A stretch of 35,958 nucleotides of DNA from Octopus bimaculoides (Eukaryota). The translations under genes and the position numbers were made by a program. The stretch lies in the NCBI RefSeq assembly GCF_001194135.2, contig NC_068984.1, positions 117,847,649 through 117,883,606 of the forward strand. The letters run 5' to 3'. Of this stretch, positions 1-10,530 are shown piece by piece. Under the pieces are notes generated by a model. That model was not told the DNA's origin and searched no databases. It worked only from the letters and a program-made list of their open reading frames with translations. Each line of letters begins with the position of its first letter. Position 1 is the first letter of the stretch.

Positions 1-40
1 CAATTATACAATTATTCAATTAGGGGTTCTGAATTAGTCT

Positions 41-98
41 GGTGGAGGTGGTGGTGGTGGTGGTGGTGGTGGTGGTGGTGGTGATAGTGGTGGTGGTA
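41..98. repeat. (GGT)n microsatellite
   Basis: Direct reading of ggtggtggt... tract. Confidence 0.95.
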
Positions 99-388
99 GA
101 TGTAACGAAGGAGATAGTACCAATGCTGTTACTGGCAGAAGATGAGGTGATATTAGGGAGTAATGACAGAAATAAATGTGGAAATGGTTTATTGAGGAAA
201 TGATAGCAATGCTTAGAGAATGCTGTTGATGATTTTAAATGATTTCAGCCGAGACCCATTAAAGCTGACCTTATTGCACCGGACATGGTTGACTGAACAT
301 TAGGTATCGACCCACAAGCGGTTCAGTACGACAGACGCATACTCGATTTCAAATTTGCTTTCGACATTCATGCACATTGGCAGTGGCG

Positions 389-800
389 TCATCATCACTA
401 GCACCATCATCATTATCATCATCTTCATCATCACTATTTAACATCCAGCTTTCCATGCTGGTAAGGGTTGGACTGTTTGACAGGATCTGATGATTTAAAG
501 GATTGTGTCATTGCCCCAGTGCCTGCTTTGGATTGGTTTCTACAGCCAAAAGTTTTTTCTAACTCCAAGTACTTTACAGAGTGTACTGAGTACTTTCTTC
601 ATTAACACCAGCACAAGTGAGGATCACATCATAACATGCAAGGCCTATAACTCAGGGAGAATAGAGGAGAGAGTGGGTGAGGATTTAAGTTGGAGGGAAA
701 AGGATAGTAAGAAAAGAGAATGAGAAAATATGGCAGGAGATAGTGAAGAGAGAAGGGATTAGAGGCAGGGGTTATTGAGAAAAAGAGAGTTCACAAATTG
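389..800 (-). mobile_element. Degenerate family B retroposon (SINE or LINE 3' end with (GAT)n tail), long form
   Basis: (CAT)n tail followed by tttaacatccagctttccatgctgg...gggttggac, which matches the younger copies at 4191 and 20285; continues into a purine-rich 5' segment. Confidence 0.7.
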
Positions 801-1454
801 TCATTGTCATTAAGCCCCTGGTAAACTCTACCTCAATCACACCAAATTTTTACAGTTGTCTCCTACTCTTCCCTCTCCTCTACTATTCCTATATATTATC
901 CCTGAACATTTGTTCCCATAAAATTTACTCCCTCATCTATTTTCTATCTATAGCTATCCCTCATTCTCCCATACACTCTTGAAACCTCTACCTGCCCCTT
1001 ACTTCCAGTTCTCAGGTCTCCATTCACCGCTACTCCCCATATCTTGAGGGTCCACTCTGACAACTTATCACAACTATTTCTATCTCTTTCCAGCTCCATC
1101 CAACCACTCCTACCTTCTCTTCTGTAAAATGAGTTGCCATGTAACCCCGTTACAGCAGTGAATCTGTTCTGAACTCTTATCTCTCACTTTAAACCACCTT
1201 ATCTTACAACATAGTGCTGCTTCCCTCTCTACTGTAGCTTGACTCTGTCGAAGAGGTCCCTTAGACTTGCAGGCTGCATAGTGACCTCATTAGTGCTGGT
1301 GCCATGAAGAAAAGCATCTAATACACACTGTTAAGAGATCAGTATGAGGAAAGGCATCCAGCCATGGGAATCATGCCACAACATTGGACATCTTAGAACT
1401 CACTAGATCCAGTCAAACTGTCCAACCCATGCCAGCATGTAATATGGACATTAA
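801..1454 (+). mobile_element. Degenerate family B retroposon, long form; 3' tail interrupted by a MITE
   Basis: gtgacctcattagtgctggtgcc...ggcatccagcc...ccaacccatgccagcatg...ggacattaa; the (GAT)n tail resumes at about 1679 after the MITE. Confidence 0.7.
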
Positions 1455-1674
1455 TCCTTTAGTGTTCAGATTTCTTTGTCAAATGAAATGCTCATTTATT
1501 CACATTATTTTGAATTAACCATGTATTATCTAGTAGCTTCAATACGTCAACAGTGCGTTTATATATTTTTAGAATGACATTGTAGGATAAGTGGGAGAGG
1601 CTAGATCTGACCAGTCTGAACATAAAACAGGTAGAATATTTGGGCCAGATATGGTCAGTTTAAATGCTAACAGG
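1455..1674 (+). mobile_element. piggyBac-type non-autonomous MITE (family F)
   Basis: TTAA on both sides (1451-1454 and 1675-1678); termini tcctttag...ctaacagg are decayed CCCTTTAG...CTAAAGGG; second copy at 12950-13154. Confidence 0.85.
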
Positions 1675-1679
1675 TTAAA

Positions 1680-1747
1680 TGATGACAACAACAGCGATGA
1701 TGATGATGATGACGATGACGACGACGGTGATGATGTCGACGACGATA

Positions 1748-1787
<40 letters not shown>

Positions 1788-1790
1788 CAG
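1680..1790. repeat. (GAT/GAC)n microsatellite, expanded tail of the family B element
   Basis: Direct reading; follows the MITE TTAA. Confidence 0.9.
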
Positions 1791-2226
1791 TGGTGGTGGT
1801 GAATTGGACTCAGTCTAAACAATAAACAAGAATCCTTTCTGGATATGAACTCACTCCAACTGGTTTGGTATTTAGTCAAACACTCTATCTATTTTAACAG
1901 ACAGTTATTCTACAATATGGATCATTGAAGGGAATTTCGTTTCCTTTTTTTTCCTTTTTTTTTTTTTTACTTTTTAACACATCTAGCAAATGCCACACTC
2001 TTCTTCTTCTTAGGCACAATTATGTTCTTGCACTCAATCTGTCCTTGTTTTCTTCTTCTTGTTTCTTGTCTATTCCTTCTCTCCTTCACTCCCTCCCAAC
2101 CCATCCTACTCACATGTGCGAACACTCACACACACTCTCTCTCTCTCTCTCTCTCTCATGCACACACATACACGCATGCATGCATGTATATACACAAACC
2201 GACCCTCTATTTCGAAGGCAATTTAC

Positions 2227-2263
2227 TTGCTTAACTGCTGGAGTTCAAAGTAATTGGATGTAA
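2227..2263 (-). CDS. Candidate 37-nt internal exon, (x)TSNYFELQQLS; product unknown
   Basis: Minus-strand acceptor ttttctttcag, donor AA|gtaaat, one open frame (phase 1 to 2). No homology recognised; could be chance. Confidence 0.2.
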
Positions 2264-2311
2264 CTGAAAGAAAACTTTATAGTGTGGAATTCCATTTGTG
2301 TGTGTGTGTGT

Positions 2312-2350
<39 letters not shown>

Positions 2351-2721
2351 TGTTTGTTTGTATGTATGTGTTTATACACACACATACATATGCATTAAAA
2401 AATGCATAAGCACTATGTATATATATANNNNNNNNNNNNNNNNNNNNNNNNNNNNNNNNNNNNNNNNNNNNNNNNNNNNNNNNNNNNNNNNNNNNNNNNN
2501 NNNNNNNNNNNNNNNNNNNNNNNNNNNNNNNNNNNNNNNNNNNNNNNNNNNNNNNNNNNNNNNNNNNNNNNNNNNNNNNNNNNNNNNNNNNNNNNNNNNN
2601 NNNNNNNNNNNNNNNNNNNNNNNNNNNNNNNNNNNNNNNNNNNNNNNNNNNNNNNNNNNNNNNNNATATATATATATATATATATATATACATATGTATG
2701 TAGATACATAGATAATATATA

Positions 2722-2801
2722 GCCATCCAGTTGCACCAGTCCTCAGTCAAATCATCCAACCCATGCTAGCATGGAAAGCGGACGTTAAACGATGATGATG
2801 A
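2722..2801 (+). mobile_element. Family B 3' fragment
   Basis: caccagtcctcagtcaaatcatccaacccatgctagcatggaaagcggacgttaaacgatgatg is nearly identical to the B4/B6 tails. Confidence 0.9.
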
Positions 2802-2861
2802 TATATATAATATATGCATGTGTGTGCGTATATGTCCTTGTCCGTGTACACATGTGTATAC

Positions 2862-3030
2862 AGATGCAAGTATGGATGTGGGTTTAGAAAGTTTACTTCA
2901 CAAACATGTGGTTCCATCTCACCATGTGGCACCTTGGGCAGTGTTTCGGCTACTAAAAATTTGGACCGACTAATTAGTGAAATTTGATACAGAAAAACTG
3001 TACAGAAAGCCAAGATATGTGTATGTGTGC

Positions 3031-3072
<42 letters not shown>

Positions 3073-3275
3073 GGGTCTCTCCCCCGGTGATGCTGACACA
3101 TCATATTAAAACATGCCCAGCCATTGCACATTTCTTCATATAAAAAAAAACAGGTAAATATACTCGTTATATGGAAACAAGTAATGGTCGTTGACAGGAA
3201 AAGCATCCAGCCAAAAAAAAAAACTGCTTCAGCGCAGTTTGTCTACTCTATGCCAGCATGGAAAAGCCATGTTAA
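2862..3275 (+). mobile_element. Old composite SINE: family A tRNA-like left half + (TG)n + family G right half
   Basis: Decayed A head (gtggcaccttgggcagtgttt; gtgaaatttgatacagaaaaactg), TG tract 3030-3070, then G segment ggaaacaagt...gacaggaaaagcatccagcc...gcatggaaaag. Confidence 0.6.
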
Positions 3276-3522
3276 TTATAAGGGCATACAAATATGCCTG
3301 CCTGCTAGAAATAAGAGTTAAAACTCTCATTTAAACCACCAATAATAACAACACTGAAAATAACAAGAGACTGCAGTAGTCAGGTCACATATTATTGTTG
3401 TTGTTGTTGTTATCAACTATTTATATTAGTCTTGATAATAATAATAACAATAATAATATCTATATAAATATTTACTCCTTATACATACATATATATACAT
3501 ATATATATGTATGTGTATATAT

Positions 3523-3914
3523 GTGTGGTAAGTAGCTTGCTTACCAACCACATGGTCCTGGGTTCAGTCCCACTGCGTGGCATCTTGGGCAAGTGTCTTC
3601 TACTATAGCCTCGGGCCGACCAAAGCCTTGTGAGTGGATTTGGTAGACGGAAACTGAAAGAAGCCTGTCGTATATATGTATATATATATGTATGTGTGTA
3701 TGTGTTTGTATGTCTGTGTTTGTCCCCCCAACATCGCTTGACAACCGATGCTGGTGTGTTTATGTCCCCGTAACTTAGCAGTTCGGCAAAAGAGACCGAT
3801 AGAATAAGTACTAGGCTTCCAAAGAATAAGTCCTGGGGTCGATTTGCTCGACTAAAGGCGGTGCTCCAGCATGACCACAGTCAAAAGACTGAAACAAGTA
3901 AAAGAGTAAAAGAG
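3523..3914 (+). mobile_element. Family A tRNA-derived SINE, young, with internal (TA/TG)n tract
   Basis: Box-B-like GGTTCAGTCCC; near-identical to 6928-7320; 3' end gactgaaacaagtaaaagagtaaaagag. Confidence 0.92.
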
Positions 3915-4190
3915 TATATATNNNNNNNNNNNNNNNNNNNNNNNNNNNNNNNNNNNNNNNNNNNNNNNNNNNNNNNNNNNNNNNNNNNNNNNNNNNNNNN
4001 NNNNNNNNNNNNNNNNNNNNNNNNNNNNNNNNNNNNNNNNNNNNNNNNNNNNNNNNNNNNNNNNNNNNNNNNNNNNNNNNNNNNNNNNNNNNNNNNNNNN
4101 NNNNNNNNNNNNNNNNNNNNNNNNNNNNNNNNNNNNNNNNNNNNNNNNNNNNNNNNNNNNNNNNNNNNNNTATATATATATATATATATA

Positions 4191-4470
4191 TCATCATCAT
4201 CATCATCGTTTAACGTCCGCCTTCCATGCTAGCATGGGTTGGACGATTTGACTGAGGACTGGTGAAACCGGATGGCAACACCAAGGCTCCAATCTAAATT
4301 TGGCAGAGTTTCTACAGCTGGATGCCCTTCCTAACGCCAACCACTCAGAGAGTGTAGTGGGTGCTTTTATGTGTCACCCGCACGAAAACGGCCACGCTCG
4401 AAATCGTGTCTTTTATGTGCCACCCGCACAAGAGCCAGTCCGGGGGCACTGGCAACGATCTCGCTTGAAA
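4191..4470 (-). mobile_element. Family B retroposon, young, 5'-truncated
   Basis: (CAT)n tail, ggatgcccttcctaacgccaacc core, many CpGs retained; matches 20285, 25319 and 30531. Confidence 0.92.
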
Positions 4471-4889
4471 TATATATATATATACATACATATACGTGCA
4501 TATATGTATTTATATGTACATGAATACATGCAGGTGTGACTCTGTGTGTGTGCGTAGTGCATGTGTGTGTGTGTGTGTATGAATGCATGCATATATACAT
4601 ATATATATGTATATATACACATACATAGATTTGACGCCATTGTCATCGTTATAGATATAATGAACATGCCACAAATTTCATCATCATCATCATCATCATC
4701 ACCACTAACAACATTTGTACTCTTCCAGAATCATATAATTTTTGTGAGACCACAACCTATACCATTGTAACCACCACCACTACTACCACCAGTACCATCA
4801 CCATCACCACCACCACCACCACATCTACCACTGCCACTTTGTGTGACCAGTGTAAATTTATGTTAGATGACTATCTCTACCTTTACATA

Positions 4890-5103
4890 AGTGTTCATTT
4901 ATTTCTCTCTCTCTCTCTCTTCATCTTCTTCTCTGACTGTTTGACTCTCCCTCTCTCTCTCTCTCAATCTCTCTCATTCTGTGTATGACTCTTTGTCTGC
5001 CTCACATCAGCTCTCTTTCCCTCCCTCCTTCTGTGTAGATCTCTCATTCTGTGTATGTCTCTTTGTCTCCTTTTCCTTTTCTTTCTCTGTCAGTTTGTCT
5101 CTC

Positions 5104-5157
<54 letters not shown>

Positions 5158-5530
5158 ACACAAGCATACACATTATACACATTCTTTTTGTTCTCACTCT
5201 CTACACATGTCTCTCATTTCTCTTAGTATCTCAAACTTCCTCTCTTTCTCTCTTGTTATCTTCCCCCACCCCACCTATCTGTGCATGTTTCATTTCTTAT
5301 GTCACTATGTATTTCTTTCACATCCTCTTCTCTCTCTCTCTCTCTCTCTTTTTCACTTTCAAAATCCATCTTTCATTTTCCGTGTATCACATTCTCGTCT
5401 TCTTCTCTATTCCCCTACCTTTCTCTCTCTCACATTCTCTGTCTACTTCTGTTTTCCCTTTTCAATTCTCCCCACTTTTCTTTCTTTTAGCTTCTCAGAA
5501 CTATTCTCCTTTCTAATTACTTTATGCTCC
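4890..5530. repeat. Long CT-rich polypyrimidine / (TC)n low-complexity tract
   Basis: Direct reading; source of the spurious Ser/Leu ORFs. Confidence 0.9.
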
Positions 5531-5768
5531 TCCTCACTTCTTCCCTGTTACATAAACATGTATCTCTCTGTGTATGTATTAACTACATACAAATATACAT
5601 AGTACATATATTGTGGAACACGACCGTTACTACATAAACCTGATGATTGCATAATACATGAAAGTACTAGTTTATTTCAATACTGTGAAATTGGAAAAAT
5701 TGGAAAATTTAGAAATAATAGAATGTGAAGATCAGACTAAGTTGGAATTTCATCTATTAATATATATA

Positions 5769-6616
5769 CAGGGTGTGATGGGTAAATTGTTACCATTTTA
5801 TATTTTTAATTTCGTACATGTGCATTGTTTGTTTTTGACTGTCAACTAAACAGTATAGTAGAGTTAGTTGGGCACTGCCTGTTAGAAAAACAGCACCATG
5901 ACACAATTCTCTCAGCCAGAAATTGGGAAATGACATGCTGTACTACTTGGCATTTGTGCCAGAAGCTCCAGTACAAACATTTTAGAGGGTTTGGGTGTCA
6001 TTCTGAGGACAGTGCAATCTGAGGACATGTACCGAGAGTGACAAAAATTAAACATCCAGTCAAGAACATGGTATTTGGAGTGATTACTTGTAATGGTGAC
6101 ATAATGTCCATTCATCTTCCCACAGGACTTCAGGCTCAAATGCCTGCAGGAGGTCGTGCTGCCTTGGGTGAAGAGGGTGGCTGCTGGAAGAACCTATGTG
6201 TGCACCATGCCACACAAGCAAGAGAACCCAGTCATGGCTGTCAGACAATTTCTGCAACCACATCACTCCTTACATCTGGCCACCTAACAGACTGCAACCC
6301 CCTTGATTATTATGTGTGGGATACAGTTGAGCAAGAGACCAACAAAACTCCTTGTAACATGAAAGATGAACGGAAGGCAAGGATTACGGCCGCATTGACC
6401 AACTTAAACAAGGAGACCGTCCAGAAGAGTTGCAAGAGATTCTGAAGTCACCTGGAGGCCATGGTCGAAGCCAATAGCGATTTTATTGACTAAATTTACT
6501 CTTTAGTATTTTAAGATATTTTCATGTAATTTTGGTAAATATATATGTTAAAATAAGGTGTCAGTGTTATTTTCATTTTTGCATAATTTAAACAACAGTT
6601 TATTCACCACATCCTG
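5769..6616 (+). mobile_element. Tc1/mariner DNA transposon remnant, DD37D (maT-like), internally deleted and frameshifted
   Basis: TA on both sides (5767-68 and 6617-18); about 26-bp imperfect TIRs cagggtgtgatgggtaaattgtt / revcomp caggatgtggtgaataaactgtt; transposase motifs MVFGVI, APCHT, WPPN..DCNPLDYYVW and LEAMVEAN. Confidence 0.9.
6038..6492 (+). pseudogene. Broken transposase catalytic-domain fragment of the maT-like element
   Basis: Motifs are split over several frames; the QQD segment is missing; in-frame TGA after KRF. Confidence 0.85.
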
Positions 6617-6927
6617 TATGTATCCAAAAGTTAGGGAATGGAGTAGATAAAATCCGGACTATATATGTTTCATAATGAGCAGACTTTCAGCAGTAGTAAA
6701 TGTCCAAGCAAGGTGTATACCACAGGCTGCTCTTTAGGCCAAGGGTATTTTGATAATATGAAGTTTACTTCGTTATTAGGAGGCCCATGTTAACACACGG
6801 AAGATTACATATATTGGTAGAACCTAATTTGCTCTCTTACTACTGGCAGTGCTCCAGCATGGCTGTAGCCTAAGGGCTGAAATGTATAAAAGAACAAAAG
6901 AAAAAAAAATATATATATATATACATA

Positions 6928-7320
6928 GGCACAGGAGTGGCTGTGTGGTAAGTAGCTTGCTTACCAACCACATGGTTCCGGGTTCATTCCCACTGCGTGG
7001 CATTTTGGGCAAGTGTCTTCTACTATAGCCTCGGGCCGACCAAAGCCTTGTGAGTGGATTTGGTAGACAGAAACTGAAAGAAGCCTGTCATATATATGTA
7101 TATATATGTGTGTGTGTGTGTCTGTGTTTGTACCCTCAACATCGCTTGACAACCGATGCTGGTGTGTTTAGGTCCCCGTAACTTAGCAGTTCAGCAAAAG
7201 AAACCGATAGAATAAGTACTAGACTTACAAAGAATAAGTCCTGGGGTTGATTTGCTTGACTAAAGACAGTGCTCCAGCATGGCTGCAGTCAAATGACTGA
7301 AACAAGTAAAAGAGTAAGAG
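6928..7320 (+). mobile_element. Family A tRNA-derived SINE, full length
   Basis: Box A-like TGGCTGTGTGG at 6938-6948, box B-like GGTTCATTCC at 6981-6990, internal microsatellite, A-rich tail. Confidence 0.93.
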
Positions 7321-7326
7321 TATATG

Positions 7327-7548
7327 CACAGATTTAAATGTGAGCTACTATCAGTTATATTCTTTGATAGTACAATGATTGAACAAGCTTGTAGAGGTAC
7401 CACGTTCTATTATGTAATCTGTCAAGCTCAAATTGTTTACTTTAAGCTTTCAAGATTGTATGATAGTACACAGCACACTATACAAGCTTGAATGATTATT
7501 GTGGTATCCGAGCATGAAACTTATGGTAGCTCACAATTAAATCTTGTG
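7327..7548. mobile_element. About 220-bp imperfect hairpin element (probable MITE)
   Basis: Left arm cacagatttaaatgtgagctactatcag...caagcttgtag aligns to the reverse complement of the right arm tacaagcttg...ggtagctcacaattaaatcttgtg. Confidence 0.65.
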
Positions 7549-7893
7549 TATTTAAATGATATCTATCTTTCATTTGATGGAGTACTTTTTATTGATTCTC
7601 CACCGCAATAATGGAATGGTTTACCATATATACACAAGAGTGAATTCCCTGAGATATCTTTTGCATGAAGAACATATAGTTAACTGCAGATGACCGTACT
7701 TGAAGCAGTGAGCCAAAAATTTTAACTGTAAGTTGCCAAAAATTCATTAGTGTTAATGAAAATGGAGATATGCAACGAGTGTATATGTACATGTGTATGC
7801 TGTGTGTATGTGTGTGTGCTGTGCGTGTGCTGTGTGTGTGTATTTGTGTGTGGGGTGGGGGTGGGGGGTGCAGTATCTGCTGGTTTTTGTTAG

Positions 7894-7977
7894 CTATAAT
7901 GATGACACCAGACATATTTTAGTCTTATTGGGCCACCCTAGATTAAAAACAAATAAGAAAATAGATGACACACAAAG
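7894..7977 (+). CDS. Candidate 84-nt internal exon, YNDDTRHILVLLGHPRLKTNKKIDDTQ; product unknown
   Basis: Acceptor ggtttttgttag, donor AAG|gtatgt, single open frame, phase 2-2, non-repetitive sequence. Confidence 0.3.
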
Positions 7978-8015
7978 GTATGTGATTGTGGAAACATATA
8001 AACAATATAAACATA

Positions 8016-8434
8016 GGTGCAGGTGTGGCTGTGTGATAGGAAACTTGCTTCCCAACTACATGGTACAAAGTTCAGTCCCACTGTGTAGCATCTTGAGCAA
8101 GTGTCTTCTACTATAGCCTCAGGCCAACCAAGGCTTTGTGAGTGGATTTGGTAGATGGAAACTGAAAAAGAAGCCTACTGTCTATATATGTGTGTGTATG
8201 TGTGTGTGTGTGTGTGTGTTTGTATGTTTGTGTCTGTGTTTGTCCCCCATCACCACTTGACAACCGGTGTTGGTGTGTTTACATCCCCTAACTTAGTGAT
8301 TCGGCAAAAGAGACCGATAGAATAAGTACTACACTTCAAAAGCCCCGGGGTTGATTTGTTCGACTAAAACCCTTCAAGGTGGTGCTCCAGAATGGATACA
8401 GTCAAATGACTGAAACAAGTAAAAGAAAAAAAAC
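8016..8434 (+). mobile_element. Family A SINE, full length, moderately diverged
   Basis: Colinear with 6928-7320, with CpG decay. Confidence 0.9.
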
Positions 8435-8796
8435 GAATATATATATATATATATATATATATANNNNNNNNNNNNNNNNNNNNNNNNNNNNNNNNNNNNN
8501 NNNNNNNNNNNNNNNNNNNNNNNNNNNNNNNNNNNNNNNNNNNNNNNNNNNNNNNNNNNNNNNNNNNNNNNNNNNNNNNNNNNNNNNNNNNNNNNNNNNN
8601 NNNNNNNNNNNNNNNNNNNNNNNNNNNNNNNNNNNNNNNNNNNNNNNNNNNNNNNNNNNNNNNNNNNNNNNNNNNNNNNNNNNNNNNNNNNNNNNNNNNN
8701 NNNNNNNNNNNNNNNNNNNNNNNNNNNNNNNNNNNNNNNNNNNNNNNNNNNNNNNNNNNNNNNNNNNNNNNNNNNNNNNNNNNNNNNNNNNNNNNN

Positions 8797-8837
<41 letters not shown>

Positions 8838-8888
<51 letters not shown>
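8838..8888. repeat. (GATA)n microsatellite
   Basis: Direct reading. Confidence 0.95.
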
Positions 8889-8890
<2 letters not shown>

Positions 8891-9397
8891 TATATACATA
8901 TTGTATATATAGTCATTTAAATGCCCAGATGGCTCACAAGAAGTATTATCTCTCTTGCTTGACCTCCCCACCCTGGCAACTGTATCATCTTTAATACTCC
9001 TGCTTTTTTCCCACCCCACTCTTCTTCATTCCTCTTTCTCCGCTGACTCATGGTTCCTTGCTCATTCACCCTTCAACCCTACACATTTTGGCAGTCTACC
9101 TCTCTGTCTACCCTTTCTCCTCCCCATAAAACCTTGCAAGCTGATTCTTTAACTTATCTTCTGCATTGCAGAGCTGTCTAGGCACCTTATTGCCTTTATC
9201 TATCTCTTGAAGCTCCTACTGCTCATTTTCCCTCTCGCTCTCTTCCCTTCCCTTACAAGATGTGGATAGCCATGTAGGTCTTCTACAAGAACCTGTACTG
9301 CCTCCCCAACCCTTCCCATTGTTCAGTTCTCTCATTCCCTACCTTGAAGTTCTCCCCCACCACCCATATTTGTTGTTCTGCTAGCTGCATGGCAAGT

Positions 9398-9649
9398 GGA
9401 TGCACATGGCTTAGAGATTAGGGTGCTGAACTCATGAGCGTAAGATTGTGGTTTCGATTCCTGAACTGGGTGACTCATTGTGTTTTTGAGCAATACACTT
9501 CATTTCACGTTACTCCAGTCCATTCAGCTAGCAAAGTTTAGAAATCCTGCGACAGACCAGCGTCCCATCAAGGTGGGGAATTTATATGCCATGGAAACCA
9601 GCCCTTATGAATTAGCATGACACAAGAAGGTAACTTTACCTTTACCTTT
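9398..9649 (+). mobile_element. tRNA-derived SINE with a V-domain-like core and (CTTTAC)n tail
   Basis: Box A-like TGGCTTAGAG, box B-like GGTTTCGATTCC; cctgcgacagaccagcgtcccatcaagg resembles the V-SINE motif gcgatggactggcg.cc.gtccaggg (from memory). Confidence 0.65.
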
Positions 9650-9856
9650 GTGTAGCTGCATGGTAACCTCAGTAGTGCAAGTGGCACAAAAAAAAAAAAG
9701 ACACCCAGTCCATGTTATAAGGTGGTTAGCATTAGCAAGGGCATCCAGTTACAGAAACCATGTCAAAACACACACTGGAGCACAATGCAGTCCTTGGATA
9801 CATTGGATCCTGTCAAACCATCCAACCCATGCCATTAAGTGATGATGATGATGATT

Positions 9857-9887
<31 letters not shown>

Positions 9888-9899
9888 CGATGATGATGA
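9650..9899 (+). mobile_element. Degenerate family B copy with expanded (GAT)n tail
   Basis: gggcatccagttacagaaaccatg...cctgtcaaaccatccaacccatgcc...gatgatgat. Confidence 0.8.
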
Positions 9900-10317
9900 G
9901 ATATGCATATGTATATATTGTTTGCATATATATTTAATATTCCTTACAATGGTACCTTGGTTTCATAAGTCCATTTCCTACTCATCAAAGAAAATTTTAA
10001 AAATCAATTTTATGAAATATGTGATATAAATAATACTCTCTCTGTAAAAAACACAGAATATATCTGTATACTGGATTGTAATCTTCTTGGATTTTCTATA
10101 ATTTTTATTGAATTTTCTTTTATCAATCTTGGTCTATTCAATCATTAGATTATAAACTTACACATACACACATGCAGGGAGAGTTACAAGTGTGTATGGA
10201 TATGCACACAGGGAACAACTCAATAGCTCTTTCTGGTTAGATGGCTGAAGTTTAGGAGCACTGAGAACAATCTGTCTATGGTACTGAATACCAAAATAAG
10301 CATGCCAACTAGGGAAC

Positions 10318-10530
10318 CTCTGCATTGTTGCTTAGTCAGCTAGAAATGCAGTAAAATCTCCCTTAAATCACATGCTACCGTCTTGAAAAGAACTTTAAAT
10401 ATGATACATTGAATAACATGACCCTAGATATACTGTCTGAAAAATGAAAAAAACAAAATAGGACAGCCATGGTTGGAATATTCTTTGATTGCAGATATGC
10501 TTTGTAAGACTGACCCAAGGCTAAACAATA
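10318..10530 (+). repeat. Dispersed repeat family E (copies also at about 20865-21048 and 22405-22520)
   Basis: Shared cagctagaaat.gcag.taaatctccc..aaatcacat.cta...t.ttgaaaag motif in three places. Confidence 0.7.

Noticed and set aside
243-396. Selenocysteine read-through of the TGA in the CpG-rich frame
   Set aside because: The context matches no selenoprotein motif I know, and no SECIS is evident
1133-1145. X-box-like GTTGCCATGTAAC
   Set aside because: 13-bp variant inside a decayed repeat; probably incidental
1591-1818. ORF with a poly-Asp run
   Set aside because: It is the MITE end plus the (GAT)n retroposon tail, not a gene
5639-5680. CTGATGA followed later by GAAA (also at 30931)
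   Set aside because: No stem II or stem III pairing, so not a hammerhead
6928-7000. tRNA-like heads (also 9398-9470 and 12690-12758)
   Set aside because: They have box A/B but no full cloverleaf and run into SINE bodies, so they are not tRNA genes
7852-7868. G-rich tract as a G-quadruplex
   Set aside because: Only three separated G-runs, so it does not meet the canonical four-tract pattern
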